From a virus, in IMG/VR virus record IMGVR_UViG_3300010355_000152, positions 1-35,449 of that record: a stretch of DNA of 35,449 nt; one strand, 5' to 3'. A model generated the notes under the pieces. That model was not told the DNA's origin. It did not search any database and saw only the letters and a program-made list of their open reading frames with translations. Position numbers and translations under genes: made by a program. Of this stretch, positions 9,902 to 18,877 are shown piece after piece. Numbering within the stretch: the stretch's first letter is position 1; every line of letters begins with the position of its first letter.

Positions 9902-10190
9902 TCTTTACTTTTTTATTACGTGGATAAATTTTTGATTCAATAAAATATTGATCCCACACAGACATTCTAAAGTCATGTAGTTGATCTGCTAGTACGGATT
10001 TTAAGGCTATATTTCTAGCCTTTTGTTTACAGAAGTATTGATATGGATAATCAACTACTTCTCTAATTTCAGGATTGTCATAACCCTGTTCTTTGGTATA
10101 AACTACGCATTCTACCAAAGTCTTTCTCCGGGAATGGTAATAGCCAAATTTTACAATATACTTTATGTCATTGTGTTCTACTATCATCAA
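9882..10190 (-). CDS. Hypothetical protein with an in-frame TCC-CGG-A that does not require a shift
   Basis: Both sides of the site are in one frame: KYIVKFGYYHS-R-RKTLVECVVYTKEQGYDNPEIREVV. Confidence 0.65.
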   Translation of the reverse strand: MMIVEHNDIKYIVKFGYYHSRRKTLVECVVYTKEQGYDNPEIREVVDYPYQYFCKQKARNIALKSVLADQLHDFRMSVWDQYFIESKIYPRNKKVKNEKLSV

Positions 10191-10467
10191 ATTCTATTTT
10201 GTAAAGGGAATTTCCATTATTCCCCTGTTTCCTTAATTGACTTAGTTCAAATTCTAAGCCTTTCTTTTTAATACCTTTATTACCTTTAAATCTCATCCTA
10301 AGCACTTGGGGCATATACTCTGATATGTTGTCTCCAAGGTTAGGAAATTCCCAAATTAATGGTAAGTCTGTTTTCAGGTATTCATTGCTATATCTAAAGT
10401 TCCAGAGATCTTGATAAGTAAAAATACCTACCAGAATCTCTGGTTCTTTTAAATACAGTTTAATCAT
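10168..10467 (-). CDS. Hypothetical protein
   Basis: ORF. Confidence 0.55.
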   Translation of the reverse strand: MIKLYLKEPEILVGIFTYQDLWNFRYSNEYLKTDLPLIWEFPNLGDNISEYMPQVLRMRFKGNKGIKKKGLEFELSQLRKQGNNGNSLYKIEFDDSRTQ

Positions 10468-11539
10468 TATAATAACAATTTCTTACTTCTAAAATTAAAT
10501 TATGTTTAACTTCTAAATCGACTCCATCAGGTAAATCTGATTTACTAAATAATTCATCCATTAATTGAATTTTATCTTCAGCATCTTGAATAATTTTTTC
10601 TAAGTTACATTTACCTTTTCTAATATCTAGTAATTCATCTCTGTTAGGTCTGAATACTGTTAAATTACCTGTTTGTGCTATTTCTAATGCACAATCAATT
10701 AATCTCATACAGTGCATAATATTCTTACCATCAATCTGTTGACCATGATTATCTGTATCAACATATCTATCAGTATTTCTATTCTCTAACCATGTTAAAT
10801 ATTCTGTATGCTTTTTACAATGAATAGAATAAGCATCTGCATTGTAATACATAATACCTAAATGTTGACCTACTTGCTCTTTAGGAATACTTGATAATCT
10901 AATTTCATTAGAATTTTCTCGAATAATACCTTTATAGTCAAATCCTTGATAACCAGTATTAGTATCATCTCCATATTGCTTTGGATAATCATAATAAACA
11001 TAATAGCAGTTAGGCATATGGTCTATTGCACATAATCCACAATATTCTTGCTTTAGATTTTCCTTTTTAAGATATTGAGAAATAGGAATACTTCCACTTT
11101 GATATTGAATATAACAAAAATCTAGTGGAGTCTTTCTAATTGTTTGAGATTTCTCCCAATTCATCTTTTTATCTAATCCTTTAGCCCTTTTAATTTGACC
11201 TACTGCGTAACCACCAAAACTATTCTTACATTGTTTAGTGAGAAATAAAAATCTATTATCTCTAAGAATTTGAAATGCTGGAGAAGTTTGTTTAATACAA
11301 CTTTCATCAGCAAATAACATTTCTAGAATATTAGGATTAGCAGAGCCACATAAATCAACAAATCTTCTAACTTCATAATAAGAAGTATCTTTATCTGGAT
11401 TTAATTGTTCTTGATATTTTACTCCAAGTAGATCATCTCTTGATTGACAATAAATTCCTTTATAATCCACGTCGCTCACACCCGGAATATTAGTACCATA
11501 TGCCACACTACCAACTATACATTCATATATTTTATTCAT
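10460..11539 (-). CDS. DNA polymerase beta superfamily predicted nucleotidyltransferase (RlaP/PF10127-like)
   Basis: CIVGSVAYGTNIPGVSDVDYKGIY matches the GS..YGT...SD.D nucleotidyltransferase motif, followed by the expected HCMRLIDCALEI region. Confidence 0.75.
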   Translation of the reverse strand: MNKIYECIVGSVAYGTNIPGVSDVDYKGIYCQSRDDLLGVKYQEQLNPDKDTSYYEVRRFVDLCGSANPNILEMLFADESCIKQTSPAFQILRDNRFLFLTKQCKNSFGGYAVGQIKRAKGLDKKMNWEKSQTIRKTPLDFCYIQYQSGSIPISQYLKKENLKQEYCGLCAIDHMPNCYYVYYDYPKQYGDDTNTGYQGFDYKGIIRENSNEIRLSSIPKEQVGQHLGIMYYNADAYSIHCKKHTEYLTWLENRNTDRYVDTDNHGQQIDGKNIMHCMRLIDCALEIAQTGNLTVFRPNRDELLDIRKGKCNLEKIIQDAEDKIQLMDELFSKSDLPDGVDLEVKHNLILEVRNCYYND

Positions 11540-11768
11540 GTGGTGGTAATTGAATAATTCGTTTTAAACTATTATCAGATGATATGTGAGTTAATTTGTT
11601 AAATTCAATTATACATCTACCACCATCTAATTCTTCAATACATTTCTCAGTATACCAAATGGCATATTCAATTAGGGCTTTTTCTACATCCTCATCATAC
11701 CATTGTTGATCTGCATAATGATCTGTATCAATTCTGTATTTATCAAGTAATTCTTTTATTTTGCTCAT
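11532..11768 (-). CDS. Hypothetical protein
   Basis: ORF. Confidence 0.55.
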   Translation of the reverse strand: MSKIKELLDKYRIDTDHYADQQWYDEDVEKALIEYAIWYTEKCIEELDGGRCIIEFNKLTHISSDNSLKRIIQLPPHE

Positions 11769-11941
11769 AATTTTTCTGTACCATTAGAAATATTTAAATA
11801 GGTCTGGTAATTTCCAGTTTCTTTTAAATAGTCAGCAATCTCACCTTCTAGTTTAAATTCCTCGTCCGTTTCTTTACCCAATTTTCTTCTATTTCTTAAT
11901 AGAATAATTAATTGAATTAGCAGTTTGAGTTCTGTAGACAT
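11765..11941 (-). CDS. Hypothetical protein, 58 aa
   Basis: Manual translation MSTELKLLIQLIILLRNRRKLGKETDEEFKLEGEIADYLKETGNYQTYLNISNGTEKL. Confidence 0.5.
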   Translation of the reverse strand: MSTELKLLIQLIILLRNRRKLGKETDEEFKLEGEIADYLKETGNYQTYLNISNGTEKL

Positions 11942-11944
11942 AAT

Positions 11945-12136
11945 TTAAGAAGCGGGTTTATTCTTAGTATTGTTAAGTTTTTTCTTTACACTTTCCAAAT
12001 TACCTTCTACTATTTTTAAAATATCATTTGTACGATCTCCATTTTTAAGACCTAATTCTTTTGCAACCTCTGGATCAACATCTAAATAATTAGATCTATA
12101 AGAAACAAATACTATCTCTTCTTTTTTCTTTACCAT
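11945..12136 (-). CDS. Hypothetical protein
   Basis: ORF. Confidence 0.5.
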   Translation of the reverse strand: MVKKKEEIVFVSYRSNYLDVDPEVAKELGLKNGDRTNDILKIVEGNLESVKKKLNNTKNKPAS

Positions 12137-12137
12137 T

Positions 12138-14049
12138 TTAAAATAATTCTAATTGATTGTGATTTTCTAATCTAGAAATCATATCATTAACTTGTTTCAA
12201 GTAAAATGGTAGATGGACATTATATTTTTCAAAAGGTTGTTCTATATGTTGATTATACAACATTACTCCATTCCCTTTAAGTAAGTGATGTCTCTTACCA
12301 TCTCTACATTTATAAAGATATGATCCTCTTCTAGAAACATAATATCTGTTTAATCTCTGTGGAATTCTTTTACCATCTAATTCTACATAATAACTCTTAT
12401 CTACTTTTTGACTAGCACAATACAAGAATATATTTTTGTAATTATGAATTGCTTGTTCTGGTCTTATACCTTTAATAAAATAATCATGTAATAGATTTGG
12501 AACAATTAAAAAGTCAGTAGAATTACCTAATGCCGGTTTTCTAACAAACTCTCCTTTCTCTTTTACCTGACCATACTTATTAATAGCAATATAAGAATTA
12601 ACAGAACTAAATACTATTTTAGTATATTCGTCATGCTCAAATTCTAAATCAAATTTAGATTCTGCTCTTTTGATAATATCATAATACAATTCTTCTTGTT
12701 CGTTAGATACTTCTACTTCTAAACCATCAGTATTGCATGAAAGAACAGTAATGTTATTAATAATACATTGTTCAATAACCCACATAATAATTAGTTGTCC
12801 CCCGACTCGAACTTTCATAATACCTTCTGGATAGAATAACCATGAATGTTCTGAATCTAAGTGACCTGATGTACCATTTAGAATTACTTTATAGAAAGCA
12901 TCAATAAATTTCCATTCAGTCTCTTGTGGAGTACCTTTATATTTCTTAAGATTAGGTTTGGTTTGAGTTATTCTAAAATCTTTAAACTTAGTATATTCTT
13001 GTAGTACTTCTGGAAATCTAAAAGCATTATACTTAATAATTCTATTTGGATATAATGAAGCAACATCAGAAGTAATAATTTTATATCCTTCTCTCTGTTG
13101 ATAAATTTCATTATTATTAATGGCATGAATACCACCAATACCTACAGATATTTTACAACCATGTCCATTACTAAAGATTATAAATTCTTTACTAAAAGAA
13201 TCTATACTATTCATCCATTGATTATAAACAGATATAAATGGTTCAGTAGTAAATCCAAAATCAGTATCACTGAACAAATCACCAAATTTGATTGTAGACC
13301 TATCAAATCTTAATCTAGAAACATCTTTTTTATTCCTACCAGTAATCTTACAGTAAGAATTAATAAGTGCTTCAGAAGCAATTTTAGGAGCATCCATAGA
13401 CCAAGCATTAATACCAAAATCTTTTACAATTCTTGCCCTTAATTGAATTGACCCTAAATCCCCCAATTGAACAGTTGTTTTACTACCTTCTAACTGGTCA
13501 CATAATAGTCTTAATATACCTAAATCATGAACAGAACAGTAATGATGAATCTCATCTATCTGTTCTTTAGTTAATTCTCTAATATCTGGTGGATATGGTA
13601 ACTCTTGAACTACTGGATAATTTAATTGAATACCTAAACCTTTAAGGCTAATCTTTTTACTAACTCTTAATAATTTAGCCCAGTACAAATATAAATCTAT
13701 ATGAGTTATTTTATTAAATCTTGGATGATTAACATATTTGTAAACAAATAATTCATCTTGTGCATTAATTAAATCATCTGAAAAGCATTTTGCTTGTGTA
13801 CAAAAGAAGTTCCAATCCTTACCTATAAACCAATTATTCTGATCTAGATATGTTAATACTGCAAAGTCATATCTTATACCATTAAAATGGATCATAAATC
13901 CTTCATAATTTCTAAGATAATCTTTTAGTGCTATTCTATCATCCTGAAACTCATTAACAGCAAAGTATAACTTGTCTCCGGGATTGATAGTTCTCTAAAC
14001 TCACTTCAAAATGAGGATAGAATACCTCTATATCAATTAGTGTTTTCAT
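12138..14049 (-). CDS. Family B DNA polymerase, needs +1 shift: complement(join(12138..13979,13981..14049)), 636 aa
   Basis: Exo I LIDIEVF sits in the upstream frame. GDKLYFAVNEF...FMIHFNGIRYD (Exo II), motif A SDVASLYPN, motif B KVILNGTSGHL and motif C CNTDGLEV sit in the downstream frame. They join at TCC-CGGA (plus 13977..13983). Confidence 0.9.
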
Positions 14050-14518
14050 TTATTAAATTTAAAGCATTAATTAATCCTTGTTCTAAAGCCTCTTCATAAC
14101 TATTAAATACTTCATCAGAATTAGTATTCCACTGTATAGTTCTACCTTTATCATTTTGAATATAATATACCCAACATTTAGTAGGTTTGTCTATAGTAGT
14201 ACCAATACATATTTGTATGTGTAAATTATGAACTTCTCTTAACCATTTTTGAAGTAATGATTGAGTAGGAGCAGAATTAACGGTTAAGTAAGAACCCTTA
14301 GTACATCCCCAACAACTGTTATTATCTTTATTTACTACTCTACCATCATTCCAATTTTCATTTAAACTATCAGCATCAAAGTAATAAGATTCTTCATTAC
14401 AACCACTATCCTCAAAATTAACTATTAACTTTTCATCTCGGTAATATCTTGATACTGGAATATTAAATCCTTTTTCTTTGGCTAATTTAGCCGTTTCCCA
14501 ACTAATTATCTGATCCAT
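14033..14518 (-). CDS. Hypothetical protein of Bacteroidetes-phage type (ISWETAKLAKEKGF...APTQSLLQKWLREVHNLHI)
   Basis: ORF with a recognisable repeated domain pattern. Confidence 0.6.
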   Translation of the reverse strand: MDQIISWETAKLAKEKGFNIPVSRYYRDEKLIVNFEDSGCNEESYYFDADSLNENWNDGRVVNKDNNSCWGCTKGSYLTVNSAPTQSLLQKWLREVHNLHIQICIGTTIDKPTKCWVYYIQNDKGRTIQWNTNSDEVFNSYEEALEQGLINALNLINENTN

Positions 14519-14957
14519 CTTTAATTAATTTAATCATATATTCAATACAAGCAATTTCAGCATCTCTATATTCAGAATGAATATGAGTTACATTAATAAT
14601 TCTTGTTGGTTCTACTTTAATATTATAATCATATCCAGTAGATGTCCAAGTAATTGTTGAATGTAATTTGTGTTTAGTTCTAAACCATTGAAATACTTGA
14701 TAATATGTTGGAACAGCAATACTATATGTATCTTCTTTAGAATTTTTATAATACTTTTGAATAGACCTAATGGTAAACCCAAAAACACGTTGCTCATCAA
14801 AACAACCTAAACATTCTTCATCAAACCCAATTTCTTTTAATTGTTTAGCAATATTATAATCTACAAATTCTGTCATATCAATTCCATTTTTGTTGTATGA
14901 AAATACTAAATTGTGCAAGTCTATGATAATATGTTTGTTTGTCCAGAATAGCATCAA
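14502..14957 (-). CDS. Hypothetical protein related in layout to the previous one (YYQVFQWFRTKHKLHS)
   Basis: ORF. Confidence 0.55.
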   Translation of the reverse strand: MMLFWTNKHIIIDLHNLVFSYNKNGIDMTEFVDYNIAKQLKEIGFDEECLGCFDEQRVFGFTIRSIQKYYKNSKEDTYSIAVPTYYQVFQWFRTKHKLHSTITWTSTGYDYNIKVEPTRIINVTHIHSEYRDAEIACIEYMIKLIKDGSDN

Positions 14958-15117
14958 GATGTTCTTCTGGTTTAACTCTGATAGATTCTAAATATTCTTC
15001 TTCTAACGGAGTTAAAAACATAGTACTAATAAACTCGCCAAATCTATACGATGGTACTGCTCTACAGACTTCTGGTGGGATACTATCAAACTCATCTTCT
15101 AATTCTTCATCAATCAT
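14878..15117 (-). CDS. Hypothetical protein
   Basis: ORF. Confidence 0.5.
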   Translation of the reverse strand: MIDEELEDEFDSIPPEVCRAVPSYRFGEFISTMFLTPLEEEYLESIRVKPEEHLDAILDKQTYYHRLAQFSIFIQQKWN

Positions 15118-15308
15118 TTTATCTTAGGTAAATAAAAGTGAGTAATAGTTTTATGATTATATGCCCAACCAGTTCCATTATATGTTTCAAAATGTACTTT
15201 ACCGTCTCTAACAACTAAATATTTACCATATTCTAATTGCTGTCCAGTATAATCATTTAGATTTAATTGTTGTATCATTGTTAAAGAATTTTTTAGTTGC
15301 TTCTTCAA
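15114..15308 (-). CDS. Hypothetical protein
   Basis: ORF. Confidence 0.5.
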   Translation of the reverse strand: MKKQLKNSLTMIQQLNLNDYTGQQLEYGKYLVVRDGKVHFETYNGTGWAYNHKTITHFYLPKIK

Positions 15309-15444
15309 TGTTATGTAAATCTCTCATTTTATCATCTCTAGACTTTTCAATCTCTGGAGTTTGAGTAAGATTTTCAGATCCTAATAATTGCTTTTTTCTA
15401 AAATCTATTACAAACTTTTGTTGTTGTTCTTTATTTAAACTCAT
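15253..15444 (-). CDS. Hypothetical protein
   Basis: ORF. Confidence 0.5.
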   Translation of the reverse strand: MSLNKEQQQKFVIDFRKKQLLGSENLTQTPEIEKSRDDKMRDLHNIEEATKKFFNNDTTIKSK

Positions 15445-15797
15445 TTTACATATCTTGTTTTATAATGTTCTGCTTTTTCAGCAAGATATTCAAAATATCT
15501 ATCTAATTGTTGTTGATTAAAGTTATCAACATCTTCTATTGAATTAAGTTTAATAGCAAAAGATTCAGCACTTTCACTACTTGAAAACCATTTATCAGAC
15601 CGTCCAAAAGAATCATATTCATCAATAGTATCCCAATTAGGAATCCATCTATAATAAGCATATTCAACATTCCATCTTCCATGACCATAACCTCTATTAT
15701 ATATAAGCCTAAGTTTAAATTTCTTTTTGGGTAATTTAAAAATATTCATAATCTTTGTATTAATTGTTCTATTGATATTTCCAAATATATCCTCCAC
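15441..15797 (-). CDS. Hypothetical protein
   Basis: ORF. Confidence 0.55.
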   Translation of the reverse strand: MEDIFGNINRTINTKIMNIFKLPKKKFKLRLIYNRGYGHGRWNVEYAYYRWIPNWDTIDEYDSFGRSDKWFSSSESAESFAIKLNSIEDVDNFNQQQLDRYFEYLAEKAEHYKTRYVK

Positions 15798-16398
15798 AAG
15801 TTTTTAATTTACCTTTTGCACAAGCAGATATTCCTGATTTAAACAAATTAGTTTTCTTACTTGCTTCTGTGACTGATTCATAAACCTCTATCTCTTGTAG
15901 AGTTTTTGAACAGATTTGAATAACTCGTTTCCATGTCTGTTTATTTGTGGTTCTAATCTTTCTGTTAGGATTATTCCTATAAGATTGATTAGGAGTTTTT
16001 CCTCTCTTAGAAAAACTAATCTTTCTTTTAGTTTCTTCTGAATGAACTAGACCAGTTTTAATTAAAATCATCTTTTTACGAGTTTCTTCAGATCTTTTAA
16101 TACCTAATACACTTCCAGCCGTTCTACAAATATTGTATTCAGGTTGATAGAAATCCATATAATACTGTTCTAAAGCAATTAGTTCATTTATAGGACATTT
16201 GATTAGTATTTCAAAAAGAAATGCTTCTCCCTTGTATTTATTCCAAGCATTCTGTAAATACTTAGAATGATGCTTATTGCTTTTTAGATTTGCTTTATGG
16301 AGTCTCCAACGAGCCTTTAAATCTACAGCACTTCCCACATAAATCTTACCGTTAACAAGATTTCTAATTTGGTATATTCCAGAAGTTAATTCTTGCAT
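15769..16398 (-). CDS. GIY-YIG homing endonuclease with NUMOD-type DNA-binding repeats
   Basis: SGIYQIRNLVNGKIYVGSAVDLKARWRLH (GIY-YIG), GIKRSEETRKKM...HSEETKRKIS (NUMOD3-like), VYESVTEASKKTNLFKSGISACAKGK (NUMOD1-like). Confidence 0.88.
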   Translation of the reverse strand: MQELTSGIYQIRNLVNGKIYVGSAVDLKARWRLHKANLKSNKHHSKYLQNAWNKYKGEAFLFEILIKCPINELIALEQYYMDFYQPEYNICRTAGSVLGIKRSEETRKKMILIKTGLVHSEETKRKISFSKRGKTPNQSYRNNPNRKIRTTNKQTWKRVIQICSKTLQEIEVYESVTEASKKTNLFKSGISACAKGKLKTCGGYIWKYQ

Positions 16399-17592
16399 AT
16401 TTTTGATATAATTTCATCAACTGATCTGCAATATATCCAATCTACTAATAGTCCTTCAGTAGCGTTTTTAAACCAAATTTCCTCCTGAGTATTTGATGTT
16501 AATAGTAATATTACAATTCCTTGATCCTCTGCTTTTCTAAGCCTTCCTAAAATTTGAATTGTAGGAACAATTTTTCCATAATATGAATGATATATTAAAT
16601 TGGTAAGATTTGGTATATTTTCTCCCTGTTTTAACATCTTGTTGCTACAAGTTACCATTGTTTTACCTTCTTTAAAATCTCTCAAATCTTGAATAAGATT
16701 TTTATTTGTTTCAACAATAGAATTAGGACAAATTTCTATTAAAGACTTATTATCTAATCCGAAAACTAAAGTTTTTCCTTCAAGTTTTGTAACTAACTCT
16801 TTAACTATAGGAATTTTAGAAGGAAGAGCATATAAGAATCTTGCTCTATTTGTAGCACACATTCTAACATAATCATCTTTTCCTTTAGTATTAGGCATAA
16901 ATAAAGCCTTTTTAAAAGTTTTGTCTAAATATTCATACTGCAATTTTTCAGAAATATGCCATTGTTTGCCTTTAGCTCCAGTAAGAAAATTCTTTCTGGT
17001 ATCTAAATCATGTTTTAAGATAAAAAACTTAGTATCTCTAACATTATCATCTTCCCTAGCATTATTTATATTATAAGTATAAATAATAGGACAAAATCTT
17101 TTTAGATAATCAAATTTTGTTGATTCTTCTTTCTGAATAATATATCTGGTTTTTCTATCTATTGTAGCACTTAATCCTAGAAGTTTAACTCCGTCTAAAT
17201 TACTATTTAAAATAAATAAAATTCTTTTATCACTTAAGATTTCATGAATTTCATCCAAAATAATTAAAGTAGACTTACTATTAGGAAAATAATACTGTAC
17301 GTTGAATTTGGCTGCACTTTGATAAGTTATAAATTTTACGTTATAACCCTCTAAAGGATCAATTCCATAAATTTTTTTATAAAAAGCAGCATCTTCAAGT
17401 ACAGTATTTTTCCTAACAATTGTCTCTGACAAAAATAATAAATTTGTTCCTTTAGGAAGGGTTGCTAAACATTTGAACCCAACCCAAGTTTTACCCAATC
17501 CAGTATGTAACTCGATTGTTCCAATTCCGGGAATTATTAATCCACTGTTCTACTGCTAAATTCTGTATTTCTTCACGCTTCTTGTCTATCAT
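16386..17592 (-). CDS. SF2 DEAD/DEAH-like helicase, needs +1 shift: complement(join(16386..17528,17530..17592)), 401 aa
   Basis: Joined MIDKKREEIQNLAVEQWINNS-GIGTIELHTGLGKTWVGFKCLATLP..., Walker B STLIILDEIHEI, motif III LGLSATIDR, C-terminal ILGRLRKAEDQG. Site TCC-CGGA (plus 17526..17532). Confidence 0.88.
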
Positions 17593-17923
17593 AATATTTT
17601 TTTAAAGACCAAAAATTTTGGTAATTTTCTAAATTAAAATACTTCCTTGCGCAATCATCATGAAATGCTTGTAAATGATTCCAAAAATCAGAACTATGGC
17701 CTCGATATTCTTCTTTTAAAATGTTATCAGAATTTTCTTCTAATAAAGTAAAAGCCGACAGATCTTTATCTCCATATAATTTTGGATTTATCATACATCT
17801 GCCAACGGCACACATTTGCTCATTAGAACCATAATATACACATTTACTTCCAGCAGAATTATACCCAAAAGGATTATTCTTATAATATTCAACTGTTTCT
17901 TCAATTATTTCTTGCTTTGTCAT
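17573..17923 (-). CDS. Hypothetical protein
   Basis: ORF. Confidence 0.55.
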   Translation of the reverse strand: MTKQEIIEETVEYYKNNPFGYNSAGSKCVYYGSNEQMCAVGRCMINPKLYGDKDLSAFTLLEENSDNILKEEYRGHSSDFWNHLQAFHDDCARKYFNLENYQNFWSLKKYYDRQEA

Positions 17924-18138
17924 ATTGATAATTTCTTTAAAACTGTTACTAAATTGTTATACCATTTAGGAAATAGAACCATAAACATAAATATTATAAT
18001 TCTAACAATCATAATTGGTAACCAAAATATTGATATTAAAAAAGCCTTAGCCTCTGGACATTTATCCATTACTAAAAGACAATAACTAAATGCAAAACCT
18101 AGCATATAAATGATTCCACTAATTACTGCTGTAATCAT
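17920..18138 (-). CDS. Small membrane protein, hypothetical
   Basis: Hydrophobic ORF. Confidence 0.5.
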   Translation of the reverse strand: MITAVISGIIYMLGFAFSYCLLVMDKCPEAKAFLISIFWLPIMIVRIIIFMFMVLFPKWYNNLVTVLKKLSI

Positions 18139-18449
18139 GAGTTAACTATTTTTAGTTTAGATTTATCTTTAGTCCTTCTATATCCAAACATTCCTGATAA
18201 TTGTATCATTGTTGCATCATACATTCCTCTAGGCCAATCTGATAGATCTCCATTTTCGTCTATTGTAATAACATGAATAATAGAATCTTTTTCAAATATA
18301 AATTTAACTTTATCTATACAATCTCGTTGTAAGGCTAAAGTTCTAATATTATTTAATTCTAAATCATTGTCAATTATAAACTGAGGCTTATCATCAAACC
18401 AAAATGCTACATCAGGAAATGTATATTGTACCTCTTTTTTAGTTATCAT
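18135..18449 (-). CDS. Hypothetical protein
   Basis: ORF. Confidence 0.55.
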   Translation of the reverse strand: MITKKEVQYTFPDVAFWFDDKPQFIIDNDLELNNIRTLALQRDCIDKVKFIFEKDSIIHVITIDENGDLSDWPRGMYDATMIQLSGMFGYRRTKDKSKLKIVNS

Positions 18450-18877
18450 AGATTTGGTCTTACAAATTTGTTATAAAATTCAAGAGTAACATGATTAAAT
18501 TCAGTTTCTCCTTGCAAACAAATAGCAATCATATAACATTTCTTATCAGTATCATAATATCTTAAGCTCTGATTATAATAATTATATTTAGACCCTCCTT
18601 CTTTACTAACTAGATGATCCGGTTTTAAATAATCATTCTCTGATAACATGTTCATTATAGCCTGAGAGAACATTCTAATTGGTACCTGTACATAACTAGA
18701 CACAGATATACAATTACAATTATTACTTAAGACACTACGATCTTTAGTACATAAAGATTGATAACCTTTAAATCCAACGAAATCATGTTGAATAGTAAAT
18801 GAGTATTCTGATTTATTATCAGATTCATCTAACTCAACTTCAAATACTTTGTCTGATATTTGCTTAATTATTTTCAT
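18446..18877 (-). CDS. Hypothetical protein
   Basis: ORF. Confidence 0.55.
   Translation of the reverse strand: MKIIKQISDKVFEVELDESDNKSEYSFTIQHDFVGFKGYQSLCTKDRSVLSNNCNCISVSSYVQVPIRMFSQAIMNMLSENDYLKPDHLVSKEGGSKYNYYNQSLRYYDTDKKCYMIAICLQGETEFNHVTLEFYNKFVRPNL

Noticed and set aside
15769-17592. Intein or group I intron explanation for the split helicase genes
   Set aside because: The breaks need only a single nucleotide to be skipped, with no intervening sequence or splice-like elements. The GIY-YIG gene is downstream of the helicase, not inside it.
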